DNA from: Candidatus Bathyarchaeia archaeon
GTDB taxonomy: Archaea > Thermoproteota > CALKCG01 > B24
Assembly (NCBI GenBank): GCA_038870975.1
Contig: JAVZJD010000002.1
Coordinates: forward strand, 463,626 to 527,625
Length of the DNA stretch: 64,000 nt
Direction of reading: 5' to 3'
Shown here piece by piece: positions 47,301 to 57,418 of this stretch. Position 1 is the stretch's first letter. Every line of letters starts with the position of its first letter. Under the pieces are notes generated by a model. The model was not told the origin of the DNA. It saw nothing but the letters and a program-made list of their open reading frames with translations, and made no database searches. The position numbers were made by a program, and so were the translations under genes.

Positions 47301-48353
47301 TTACCCTCTTAAAGACCCGCCAGAAGCGACTACTCTAATTAAAGAAGCAACCTTTAAACCCATATCCTTAGTCGACAAAGAGCCACCTAGATCGGGAGTA
47401 ACGTATCCTCTCCTAAAAGCTTCTATGATGGATTTTTCTATGATTTTAGCTGCTTCCAAGCAGATTTCATCGTTATTTTTAAAACCCAACCATTCAAACA
47501 TCATCTTAGACGCCAATATGAGGCTAGTAGGGTTGGCTATATTTCGACCTGCAATATCCCATGCAGCTCCATGAACTGGTTCAAAGAGGCCATACTTATC
47601 CCCGATGTTGGCGGCAGGTGCCACACCTAATCCGCCTACAAGCTGAGCCGCTTCATCGCTTAATATATCCCCAAACATGTTTGTAGTGACGATCACATCA
47701 AAGTCTTCAGGCTTCTTTATTAGAAACATCGCTGCGGCATCGACATAGAGTTCTTCGTATGAAATACCGGGATAGTTTCTAGCGACTGCTCGACAAGTCT
47801 CTGCGAACAGACCACACGTAGCTTTTAAAACATTAGCCTTATGCACAGCCGTAACCTTACGTTTAACATTTCTTCTGACAGCTTCTTCAAATGCGTATTT
47901 AGCTATACGCTCAGACCCAGCTCTAGTTATCACTCGTAGGCTTACGGCCACATCGCCCAGCATATATTCAAAGCCTTTATAGAGACCCTCAGTATTCTCT
48001 CTAACTATTACAAAATCTATGTTAGGCTTTAAACACGGAACATTCGGATAGGATTTAAACGGTCTAACATTTGCATAGAGGTCTAGTAGCTGTCTAAGCT
48101 TCACTATGACCGCGGCTGCCGTTTCACCTACGGGACCCTTTAATGTGGCGTCAGACTTCGTAATCGATTTAACCGTTTCTTCAGGCAACGCAATACCATG
48201 CTTCTGTAAACACCCATCCCCAGCTTCAAGAAACCTATAGTTGACGTTTAGACCTAGAGTATTCTCAACAGCATTTAAAACCGTCATAGTGGCTTCAGTT
48301 AATTCTGGGCCTATACCGTCGCCGGGTATTAAGGCAATGTTGTAGGTTTTCAG
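47301..48353 (-). CDS. leuB: 3-isopropylmalate dehydrogenase family (start codon non-canonical or unresolved)
   Basis: Frame open upstream of the track ATG (48287) encodes KTYNIALIPGDGIGPELTEAT with no ATG/GTG/TTG; GGAGGAGG lies 5 nt upstream of CTG 48351-48353. Confidence 0.75.
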   Translation of the reverse strand: MKTYNIALIPGDGIGPELTEATMTVLNAVENTLGLNVNYRFLEAGDGCLQKHGIALPEETVKSITKSDATLKGPVGETAAAVIVKLRQLLDLYANVRPFKSYPNVPCLKPNIDFVIVRENTEGLYKGFEYMLGDVAVSLRVITRAGSERIAKYAFEEAVRRNVKRKVTAVHKANVLKATCGLFAETCRAVARNYPGISYEELYVDAAAMFLIKKPEDFDVIVTTNMFGDILSDEAAQLVGGLGVAPAANIGDKYGLFEPVHGAAWDIAGRNIANPTSLILASKMMFEWLGFKNNDEICLEAAKIIEKSIIEAFRRGYVTPDLGGSLSTKDMGLKVASLIRVVASGGSLRG

Positions 48354-48841
48354 GTTAACCTCCTCCGCAGATAAGCTACTAAACCACCATCCTTAAGTAT
48401 TTCCAGTATGAATTCTGGAAGAGCTTTAGTCCTATAGACTTCATTCTTAGACGTATTAATTATTACTCCCTCCGCCAAATTTACTGTAACTGAGTCGCCG
48501 TTATTCAGCCTCTCCGAAGCCTCTGGACATACAACTATAGGTAAACCGATGTTAATGGCGTTTCTGTAGAATATTCTGGCAAATGACTTTGCGATTATAC
48601 ATTTAACGCCAGCATGCTTTAAAGCAACCGGAGCCTCTTCTCTACTGGATCCGCATCCGAAGTTTTTACCAACTACTAGAATGCCAGTCTGCTTAATCTT
48701 ATTGGAGAACTCTGGGTCTATCCCTTCTAAAGCATGTCTTCCAAGTTCTTCATAGTCTGTTATACCAAGGTATTTACCTGGCACTATAACGTCTGTGTCT
48801 ATGTTGTCTCCATATTTTACAACTGAACCACTTACTATCAT
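48350..48841 (-). CDS. leuD: 3-isopropylmalate dehydratase small subunit
   Basis: 163 aa; DNIDTDVIVPGKYL, GKNFGCGSSREEAP. Confidence 0.8.
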   Translation of the reverse strand: MIVSGSVVKYGDNIDTDVIVPGKYLGITDYEELGRHALEGIDPEFSNKIKQTGILVVGKNFGCGSSREEAPVALKHAGVKCIIAKSFARIFYRNAINIGLPIVVCPEASERLNNGDSVTVNLAEGVIINTSKNEVYRTKALPEFILEILKDGGLVAYLRRRLT

Positions 48842-50115
48842 GCTACCACCTCCCTAGGATCTGTTATAACGCCTGTTAAAGCAGACGCCATAACTGTTGC
48901 CGGAGAAGCCAAGTAAACTCTAGCCTTAGGACTACCCATACGCCCGATGAAGTTTCTATTTATTGAAGCTATGCATACTTCACCTTCACTTATAACACCC
49001 ATATGCGCTCCTATGCAAGCACCACACGTTGGATTACAGACTAGAGCACCAGCTTGTAGAAATATATCGATTAAACCTTCTTTTAATGCATCTTGATACA
49101 CTTCTTGAGAAGCTGGAACGATTACTGCTCTAACGTCGGGTTTAACCTTCCTACCTTTAGCTATTCTAGCAGCTAGTCTTAAATCTTCAAGACGCCCATT
49201 AGTGCAAGAACCTATGTATGCTTGATCTATCTTAATACCTTCGGCTTCAGATACCGGCTTAACATTGTCTACGGAGTTTGGACATGCTACTTGAGGCTCC
49301 AACTTTGAAACGTCAAAAGTGTAAATTTCATCGAATGTAGCATTATGATCGCTACGAAAGCCCGGACTATATGGTATGTTTTTAGACTTGAAAAACTGCT
49401 CAGTAACGTGGTCTGGTTCAACTATTCCAGTTTTAGCACCCATTTCAACAGCCATATTGCACATAGTCATACGTCCACCTACACTCATATTCTCCACGGT
49501 AGACCCTTTGAAAATAACGGCCTTGTAGACGGCACCTGAAACACTTAAACATCCTATGACGTAAAGTATCACGTCTTTAGGGGTAACCATATCTCTCAAT
49601 TCACCGTCAATCTTCACACAGACTGTTTCTGGAACCCTGAGCCAAGTTTCACCAGTAGCTAGAACAGCTGCTACATCGGTGGCTCCCATACCTGTTGAAA
49701 AAGCCCCAACCGCACCATAAGTACACGTATGAGAGTCTGCACCTATTATGAGTTCACCTGGCTTAGCATGGCCCTTCTCGACCATAACTTGATGGCATAT
49801 CCCGCCTCTACCGATGTCGTAAAACCACTTAATCCTCTGCTCTTTAACGAATTCCCTAATGATCTTCTGGTTTAAAGCGGCTCTTTCAGTATTCGGAGGC
49901 ACTAAATGGTCGAATATTACAACCACTCTATCGGGATCCCAGACCTTGGAAACACCTATCTCTCTAAAGGCTTTAACGGTCAAAGGGCCAGTCAAATCAT
50001 GGAACATTACTCGGTCAACCTTAGCATTTACTATCTCACCAGGCTCTACTCTACTTTTACCTGAAACTCTACACAATATCTTCTCAACAATATTCATCGA
50101 GACCACTAATAACAC
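48838..50115 (-). CDS. leuC: 3-isopropylmalate dehydratase large subunit (aconitase family)
   Basis: 425 aa; aconitase-family Cys ligands (GSCTNGR, CNPTCGACIG); 4-nt overlap with leuD. Confidence 0.85.
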   Translation of the reverse strand: MLLVVSMNIVEKILCRVSGKSRVEPGEIVNAKVDRVMFHDLTGPLTVKAFREIGVSKVWDPDRVVVIFDHLVPPNTERAALNQKIIREFVKEQRIKWFYDIGRGGICHQVMVEKGHAKPGELIIGADSHTCTYGAVGAFSTGMGATDVAAVLATGETWLRVPETVCVKIDGELRDMVTPKDVILYVIGCLSVSGAVYKAVIFKGSTVENMSVGGRMTMCNMAVEMGAKTGIVEPDHVTEQFFKSKNIPYSPGFRSDHNATFDEIYTFDVSKLEPQVACPNSVDNVKPVSEAEGIKIDQAYIGSCTNGRLEDLRLAARIAKGRKVKPDVRAVIVPASQEVYQDALKEGLIDIFLQAGALVCNPTCGACIGAHMGVISEGEVCIASINRNFIGRMGSPKARVYLASPATVMASALTGVITDPREVVA

Positions 50116-50261
50116 TTATCTAGAGACTTAAGTGTTTGCCTTTTATTACTTTCGCTTCTCCAAACAGACTTCAATATATTTTCACTAAGCCTTATTTCAA
50201 GCACTTTCAATAGATTTCTATGGTCTTCTCCGCTAATGAAGAAGAAAAATGTGGGGGAAGT

Positions 50262-52313
50262 TTAGAACGGTATAAAGAACCTTACCGTTCCTATTAGGTA
50301 AGCTATTAAGTTTGCCAGTGCATATCCGGCTACTCCACCGCTTACAAATGGTATAGCATATTTTTCATATGCTTTGCTTCCACCCATTCTGAGAGTGAGC
50401 CATTTAGCTATCCAAGCAGCTAGGAAAGTGGTCCATTCCTTCATGTGGTTGGGGGCGATGCTTGTAGCTATTATGAAGCCTACTGGATGTATGGGCCACC
50501 ATAGGAATCTGGCTCTTAAGAGGAAAAGCACCATGGTTATTATAAAGCCTATGGCTCCAGCTGCTAATTGGAATCCGCTTGCAGGAGCACGATCATAGTC
50601 GCCGAAGTCGTTATCACACCAGTCTGTTACGGAGCATTCTCCCCATATCGGAACACGGCCAACGCCTAGAATATTGACTATCCAAACTCTTGTTACCATT
50701 GCAACGAATATGGATATTACGCTGACGATTGTAGTTAATATAAACACATCTTTAAGGTTGATTTTAGCTAAGCCTCCCATCTTAAGGTTTTGAATCGTAA
50801 GATAGGCTCCAGTCTGCAATCCCATGGTTACGTGGTTTACACCTGTGGCAAGGAATGTATGGGTCATAACCCAGTCTGTCGTATAGGTTTCAGGGCGATT
50901 CTGGAACCATATGATTCTTAGCGGCCAGCTAGGCCAGTAGCCCCTGTTATGAATGTATCCGCATCCGCTTAGTCCTAGGACATACGTTGCTGCAACCACG
51001 TTTATGAATGCTCCTATTATTAGGACTGATAGTGCTGTTCCTAAGCTTAAACCTGCCGAGAAGCAGAAAGCTAGAACTACTATGGCTGAGCCTACTATGA
51101 GTATATATACAGTTCTATAGTTGAATGGTTCTCCAGCCTCTTCAGGCGTTTTACCACGACCGCCGTGGACGGCGAGTCTTATTGTTTCAGCAAGGTAGCT
51201 TCTGGCGTGGAATATCATCATAACTGTTACAGCTGTTGTTCCACCTATCATGGTCATCCACATCCAGTAGTACGGTGGACCGTACAGAGGTGATATTTCG
51301 AAGCCACCCCATGCTCTAACTCTGCAGGCGCTACCCATATTAAATACACCTGTGTAGTAGCCCATAGTGTAGGCTACTTGAGCCAGTATCATTATGATTA
51401 TCTGGAAAACCCATACTGTGAAGAGAACTTCTAAGGGAGCAAGATAGTATATGAAGAACGGTAAAATGTTTTTAGAGTAGCCTGGAAACCATACTATAGC
51501 ACTTGCTATAGGATGATTTGGAAGTAGACATACACAGCCCTGTGGGCTAGTCTCTTCTACAGGCGTGCCTCTGAAGGCTAAGACGTCAGGCCACCAAGGA
51601 AACATATACGTCATCATAATTTGAAATTCGTAGACAAGCGCTATAATGAAGCCTGTAATAAATAGACTTCTAGTTCTTTCTAAGCTAGGCTCGCCAGAAG
51701 CTACATTTATAATCTCATGTGTTGCTATGACATATGGAAATGGAACCTTCTCTATGTCCAACCATCTACGTCTGAATAGAAGCATTACACTTGAGCCGAA
51801 AAGATAGAATACAATAAAGTACATAGACCAGAATACTATGCTTCCACTCCATGCGCTCCAATTCACAGTAGCACCACCGACGGTTATAAGTCTTACAACT
51901 TCAATGGGAGGCATCCACCACCAACTCTGAACTACAGGTAAAAACTCCGGCTGTGTCTGTAGTATAGTTCTACTAAAGCCAACAGGAAAAGATGCGAAAG
52001 TCTCATAATGCCCAATACCATACATACCGACTGCTGCACCTACGATGTACAATAAGACATACGATGAAGTCGATATCTTGAATTTTAGAAGTCTAAACGG
52101 ATACGCTAACAGTATTACTAAAAGACTCATTATTGGAATACCCATAGTCTTAGAAACGGTACCCCACGCATAACGACACATGAAAGCACCGCCCACTGAA
52201 CCATTTAAAGCGATCTCTACAGTACCTATGAAACTCAGTACTACGGATAGAATGGCCAAGGAAATTAGTAGAGGGGGTTTAATCTTAAACTCTTCAATAG
52301 ATTTTTCTGACAT
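50262..52313 (-). CDS. large polytopic membrane protein, function unknown
   Basis: 683 aa with more than 12 hydrophobic segments and Trp-rich loops; no catalytic motif recognised. Confidence 0.4.
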   Translation of the reverse strand: MSEKSIEEFKIKPPLLISLAILSVVLSFIGTVEIALNGSVGGAFMCRYAWGTVSKTMGIPIMSLLVILLAYPFRLLKFKISTSSYVLLYIVGAAVGMYGIGHYETFASFPVGFSRTILQTQPEFLPVVQSWWWMPPIEVVRLITVGGATVNWSAWSGSIVFWSMYFIVFYLFGSSVMLLFRRRWLDIEKVPFPYVIATHEIINVASGEPSLERTRSLFITGFIIALVYEFQIMMTYMFPWWPDVLAFRGTPVEETSPQGCVCLLPNHPIASAIVWFPGYSKNILPFFIYYLAPLEVLFTVWVFQIIIMILAQVAYTMGYYTGVFNMGSACRVRAWGGFEISPLYGPPYYWMWMTMIGGTTAVTVMMIFHARSYLAETIRLAVHGGRGKTPEEAGEPFNYRTVYILIVGSAIVVLAFCFSAGLSLGTALSVLIIGAFINVVAATYVLGLSGCGYIHNRGYWPSWPLRIIWFQNRPETYTTDWVMTHTFLATGVNHVTMGLQTGAYLTIQNLKMGGLAKINLKDVFILTTIVSVISIFVAMVTRVWIVNILGVGRVPIWGECSVTDWCDNDFGDYDRAPASGFQLAAGAIGFIITMVLFLLRARFLWWPIHPVGFIIATSIAPNHMKEWTTFLAAWIAKWLTLRMGGSKAYEKYAIPFVSGGVAGYALANLIAYLIGTVRFFIPF

Positions 52314-52801
52314 TATCTCCCATCGACTCTTTTATGTTAAAGGTGTATATAATACTTTGCAAGCTTCGCTGGCTTTCGATTTATTAATTTGCATCTTGCT
52401 AAGACATTTATGCTCCAAATGTAGAGTGGATAACAGTAGTGGTCTTGAAAAACGCTGATGAAGGGTAGAAGATATACCTAAACTTCTTGACATAAATGGT
52501 TTGAAGGAGGATGCCATTAAAAGCCTAGTTAAAGGCATTATCTACTGGATAGGTTCGACAAGAAAAACCACATAGACGCTAGGAAGAGATACAGGCAGTC
52601 TTAGAAGGAGGAGCATCGAATAGCCACGATCTATGCATCAAAATGGTTACTCTTTTTTGATGTGCTGGGAAGAGTGTGAGATAAGTCTTAGAACGTATTC
52701 ACCTCAACTGATATAGTTAACTTTGAGTTTTTGAACTCTAAATCCATCGCAGAGTAAATACATAGTAGTTCCATATGGCCAGCCGCTCTCTAAACTTTAG
52801 T

Positions 52802-54145
52802 TTAATTTCCGAATTCACGTAATATGTTAGCGGCGTATGCGACGCCTTTGACTAAATGGTCAATTGTATTAAACTCGTTAGGAGCATGGGCTTTAGAGAA
52901 AGGTGGAGCGCACCCAGTCCAAATAGAATTTAAATGTAGAAGTCTGGTAAAAACGTAATCTGGTCCTGAGCCAGCAGCACTTGGATATAATATTGGTCTA
53001 GCTTTGTACACTTCCTCAGCTGCATACGAGGAAGTTTTAACTATCCGTGCTGAAGGGGGTGTTTTAGACGGCAAGAGAGAACCTAATTTAACGATTTCCA
53101 CGTCTCTGTAGCCCTTAGAGTCTAAATGTCTTCTAAGAAGGGTTAAGAGTTTATCTGGATTTTGATTCATTACTAATCTGAAATCCAACTTTACAACGGC
53201 TTCGCATGGAAGGACGGTTTTAGGACCCTCTTCAATATAACCACACCTTAAACCAGCAATGTTAGCAGTGGGTTCACATATTAACTTTCTAAGCGCATCA
53301 ACTCCTTTAACCCCATCTAGGAATTCTTCAACCCCAAATTCTCTCATAATATCCTCATCTTCATGAGGGAGTTCCGAGATTAACCTAGCTTCTTCTGAAG
53401 TAATTGGTTGAATATCATCATACCAGCCTTTAATATTTATCCGTCCATCTGGAGACCTTATAGAGTTTAAAGCCCATACAAGCCTCCAAGCTGGATTAGC
53501 AATCAGCGGTGCATAAGAAGAGTGGGCATCTACCTTAGCAGTTTTACACCTCAGCTCGACATATAACATACCCTTAACTCCTAAGTAAATCGATGGTCTA
53601 TTCGAAGGATGGAGCCCACCATCCCAACATACAACGGCATCAGACTTAAGAAGGTCTTTATGGGTTTCTACGAAATCTGGAAGGTTTGGACTTCCAATCT
53701 CCTCTTCGCCTTCGAAGAGAAACTTGACGTTTACAGGCGTAGACTTTCCACTTTTGATATAATATTCAACTGCTTTAAGAAAAGCCATTATATTGCCCTT
53801 TGAATCTGAAGCCCCCCTCGCTATGATCTTACCGTCCACCACTTCCGCTTCAAAAGGCGGGTAGACCCATTCGCTTAGGGGGTCTGGAGGCTGAACATCG
53901 TAGTGGCTATAGATTAAAAGAGTCTTACTAGACTCTTGAGATTTAACTTCACCATAGACTACTGGATTACCCTTACTTTGAACAACATCAGCATACATGC
54001 CTAGATCTTCCATTAAATCTCTCAGAAGAAGAGCACATTCATTGATGCCTATGTTTTTCGCCGAAATACTTGGTTGTCTGAGGAGACACCGGTACTTATC
54101 TATAAGATCGTCAAGCGTAAGCTTCACATAACTTAATATATCCAT
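52802..54145 (-). CDS. M20-family metallopeptidase (ArgE/DapE/CPG2-like)
   Basis: 447 aa; YSHYDVQP, GASDSKG, FEGEEEIGS metal-site motifs. Confidence 0.7.
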   Translation of the reverse strand: MDILSYVKLTLDDLIDKYRCLLRQPSISAKNIGINECALLLRDLMEDLGMYADVVQSKGNPVVYGEVKSQESSKTLLIYSHYDVQPPDPLSEWVYPPFEAEVVDGKIIARGASDSKGNIMAFLKAVEYYIKSGKSTPVNVKFLFEGEEEIGSPNLPDFVETHKDLLKSDAVVCWDGGLHPSNRPSIYLGVKGMLYVELRCKTAKVDAHSSYAPLIANPAWRLVWALNSIRSPDGRINIKGWYDDIQPITSEEARLISELPHEDEDIMREFGVEEFLDGVKGVDALRKLICEPTANIAGLRCGYIEEGPKTVLPCEAVVKLDFRLVMNQNPDKLLTLLRRHLDSKGYRDVEIVKLGSLLPSKTPPSARIVKTSSYAAEEVYKARPILYPSAAGSGPDYVFTRLLHLNSIWTGCAPPFSKAHAPNEFNTIDHLVKGVAYAANILREFGN

Positions 54146-54217
54146 ACAGAAAGATAATTGGCTAGAAGAAGTAGATTAACGTTTAGATAACGCTCCCAAG
54201 ATGCAATGGAAGGAGTG

Positions 54218-55273
54218 TTATTCTTTCAGAGGAAGCTCCACAACGCTTCCAGTAGCAGAAGACCTATAGATCGCCCTTATGAGTTCTAGACTCCTACGCC
54301 CTTCATAACCGTCCACTCGAGGCTTTCTATCTTCTAAAATCGCATCGACGAAATCCTTTAAGAGACGTTTATGGTTTTCTATGGGAACTGCTTCAGGTCT
54401 CTCCCATGATTTAAGTCCCTCTATCCTTTTAACCGGAGGCTTTAAAGTTGGAATTTCCTCAGCAATCTTCATAAACTTGACTTCATCCCCTTCAACTATA
54501 ACTGTTCCCTTCAAACCATGAATCTCCAATCTCGTGGGTAGACCCGGGTACGTGGCGGTGCTAGCCTGTATGACTCCTAATGCACCGTTTCTGAATCTGA
54601 CTATGGCTGCCGCTAGGTCTTCAACCTCAATATTATGACCTACTGTAGCTACTTTAGCCCAGACAGACTCAGGTTCGCCCATAATCCATAGAAGTAAGTC
54701 TATCGTGTGAATTGCCTGGTTTATTAGAGCCCCACCTCCCTCCGTAGCTAGTCTACCCCTCCACGAGCTACTTGTATAGTATTCCTCGGTTCTGTACCAT
54801 TCAACTACGGCTTCACCCATTACCAGTCTTCCAAGAGCACCCTTATCTACAAGAGATTTCACAAAATTGAAGGAGTCGTCGAATCTAGATTGTAAGATTA
54901 CACCAAGCTTAACACCTCTAGTCTCAGCTCTCCTTATAAGCTCATCAGCTTCTGTTAGATTGATTGCCATAGGTTTATCCACGAGTACATTAATACCGTT
55001 CTCTATCGCCTCTAAAGCTACCTGAAAATGCACATAGTGAGGAGCTGAGACAGCTAATATGTCAGGCTTCTCTAAATTGAACATATCGTAGACGTTTGAA
55101 TATGCAACTTTAAACCCGTATTTTCTAGCAAATTCTTCAGTTTTAGCCTTATTTCTAGCTACAACACCGGTAAGTTCTAGAAGGCCTTCTTTGGCAAGCT
55201 TAGCTGCAGCTCCAGATATAAAGCTACTACCCACACCCGTACCTACAACGCCAAACTTTAAACGGGTTGACAC
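54218..55273 (-). CDS. Gfo/Idh/MocA-family NAD(P)-dependent oxidoreductase
   Basis: 351 aa; N-terminal Rossmann FGVVGTGVGSS and EKPMA motif. Confidence 0.75.
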   Translation of the reverse strand: MSTRLKFGVVGTGVGSSFISGAAAKLAKEGLLELTGVVARNKAKTEEFARKYGFKVAYSNVYDMFNLEKPDILAVSAPHYVHFQVALEAIENGINVLVDKPMAINLTEADELIRRAETRGVKLGVILQSRFDDSFNFVKSLVDKGALGRLVMGEAVVEWYRTEEYYTSSSWRGRLATEGGGALINQAIHTIDLLLWIMGEPESVWAKVATVGHNIEVEDLAAAIVRFRNGALGVIQASTATYPGLPTRLEIHGLKGTVIVEGDEVKFMKIAEEIPTLKPPVKRIEGLKSWERPEAVPIENHKRLLKDFVDAILEDRKPRVDGYEGRRSLELIRAIYRSSATGSVVELPLKE

Positions 55274-55427
55274 TTTAACACCGTCTAGAAATTTAGAATA
55301 TAAGTAGATGTAAACTTTTTCACCTCTTATCCATGCAAATAGCCTCAGCCCAATCGTAAAACACAGCTTAAAAACATTAGGTTGGTTAGTAATTCTTAAA
55401 AAGAAACCTTAGAGAAAATATTTAAAC

Positions 55428-56504
55428 GTGGTTATTTTGACACCCCGTGAGAGAATTATTGCTACTTTACAACATAGAGAGGATAGATTGGATAGAATAC
55501 CCATACACGATAGTCCGTGGGCTGCCACAGTCAATAGGTGGATAAGAGAAGGCTTACCTGACGGTCAATCTCCTGACGATTATTTCGGCTACGAGATTGC
55601 CCAGTTTAGCGCAGATACATCTCCTATGTTCCCCGTTGAAGTAATACATGAAGACGCGGAGTACATAATTGAGAGGACTTCATATGGAGGAATACGTAGA
55701 AACCATAAGGATTACTCTACAACTCCAGAGATAATAGATTGGCCATGTAAAACCAAAGAAGATTGGGAGAAGATTAAGGTTAGACTTCAGCCTAGTGAGA
55801 GGAGGGTTGATTGGGTCTCATCATTGAACGCATACCATAGGGAGAGGAGCCGTGGAAAGTTTATAATGTATGGTGCAGCCGTAGGCTACGATAAGATTCA
55901 AAACTATGTAAAGTCTACAGAGCTCCTTAAAGCCGTTATAAGAGACCCTGAATGGGTTAAAGACATGTACTGGACAGACGCTAAACTCGCCATGGATATG
56001 TGTGACATCATGATCAAAGGGGGTTTTAAATTCGACGGAGCATTCTTATACTGTGACTTAGGTTATAGAAAAGGGCTATTCTTCTCACCGAGACACTATG
56101 AGGAACAATTGCATCCAGTGTTCAAGGAATTGTGCAGGTTTTTCAAGTCTAGAGGAATGTACGTGTTTCTCCACTGTTGCGGCAATGTGAAAGACTTAAT
56201 ACCATACTTCATAGAGGAGGGGATAGACGTCCTACAGCCTCTAGAAGTTAAAGCAGGTATGGATCTCATAGAACTTAAGGAAAAATATGGAGATAAGATG
56301 ACTTTCATGGGCGGTATAGACGTTAGACTCATGGCTTTAGACGACCCTAAACCCATAGAGGAGGAGATTAAGAGGAAGATTACCTTTGCGAAGCAGGGTG
56401 GAGGTTACATATATCACTCAGACCACTCTATTCCAAAGAATGTAAGTTTTCAAAACTATAAACGCGTAATAGAACTCGTCCACAAATACGGTAGATACCG
56501 TTAG
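55428..56504 (+). CDS. uroporphyrinogen-decarboxylase (URO-D) family protein, MtaA-like methyltransferase candidate
   Basis: 358 aa; C-terminal FLHCCGNVKDL...MGGIDV...GGGYIYHSDHSIP pattern. Confidence 0.6.
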   Translation: MVILTPRERIIATLQHREDRLDRIPIHDSPWAATVNRWIREGLPDGQSPDDYFGYEIAQFSADTSPMFPVEVIHEDAEYIIERTSYGGIRRNHKDYSTTPEIIDWPCKTKEDWEKIKVRLQPSERRVDWVSSLNAYHRERSRGKFIMYGAAVGYDKIQNYVKSTELLKAVIRDPEWVKDMYWTDAKLAMDMCDIMIKGGFKFDGAFLYCDLGYRKGLFFSPRHYEEQLHPVFKELCRFFKSRGMYVFLHCCGNVKDLIPYFIEEGIDVLQPLEVKAGMDLIELKEKYGDKMTFMGGIDVRLMALDDPKPIEEEIKRKITFAKQGGGYIYHSDHSIPKNVSFQNYKRVIELVHKYGRYR

Positions 56505-56643
56505 AAACAATGCGAAGCCGTAGGAATTTCAAATAAACTGTCCGTTCGATTTTCGGCTTTAATACTATTCTAACGTAGCCTACTGTTAAAACTGAATTGG
56601 AGTGAAAGTTTAATTTTCAGATCTAGTAAAATTTAATCTACGT

Positions 56644-57321
56644 ATGATTCTGACGCGTAGGAAACTCGCATCTATGATAGACTATGCTCTAGTAAAACCC
56701 ACGCATAGTCTTACAGATATAGAGGAGGCGGCTAAAGTCGCAAAAGCGAACAGTATAGGTGTCCTCTGCGTCCTACCAGTTATGGTGGAACATGCAGTTA
56801 AACTACTTAAAGGATCCGAGACAAAGGTATGTTCAACCGTGGGTTTTCCATTTGGCTCATCAACCACTAAGTTGAAGGTTTTAGAGGCTGAAGAGGCCAT
56901 AAATGATGGAGCTTGTGAAATAGACATTGTTATGAATATCCCATTTTTCAAATCTAAGCTTTATGAGAAGGTTAAATCCGATATAGAAGCCGTGTTGAAA
57001 ATTTCAAAACCCAGAGGTGTAAAGGTCAAGGTGATAATTGAAACGGGATATCTAACAGCTGAAGAGATAGCATTAGCATGTAGGATGGTTGATGAGACAG
57101 GGGCTGACTACATTAAAACATGTACTGGCTTCGGTCCCCGTGGCACTACGATTGAGGATATTGAAATCATAAAGAGAAACGTTAAGATGGCTAAGATAAA
57201 AGCTGCTGGTGGAATTTCATCTTTTGAAAAAGCCCTTCAATTTATTAAAATGGGTGTTGAACGTATAGGTACATCCAACGCTTTGGAAATCTTGAAAGGT
57301 TGGAGCCCAGTGGAAATTTAA
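56644..57321 (+). CDS. deoC: deoxyribose-phosphate aldolase
   Basis: 225 aa; IDYALVKP, VCSTVGFPFG, Schiff-base Lys region IKTCTGFG. Confidence 0.7.
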   Translation: MILTRRKLASMIDYALVKPTHSLTDIEEAAKVAKANSIGVLCVLPVMVEHAVKLLKGSETKVCSTVGFPFGSSTTKLKVLEAEEAINDGACEIDIVMNIPFFKSKLYEKVKSDIEAVLKISKPRGVKVKVIIETGYLTAEEIALACRMVDETGADYIKTCTGFGPRGTTIEDIEIIKRNVKMAKIKAAGGISSFEKALQFIKMGVERIGTSNALEILKGWSPVEI

Positions 57322-57418
57322 TTTTAAAGTAAGAATAATTTGGCATTTTTATATGTACTTGATCGAGTTAAAAGAGAGCCTATAAGCTTTTATCTTGTAA
57401 AGAGTTTAACATGATCTA

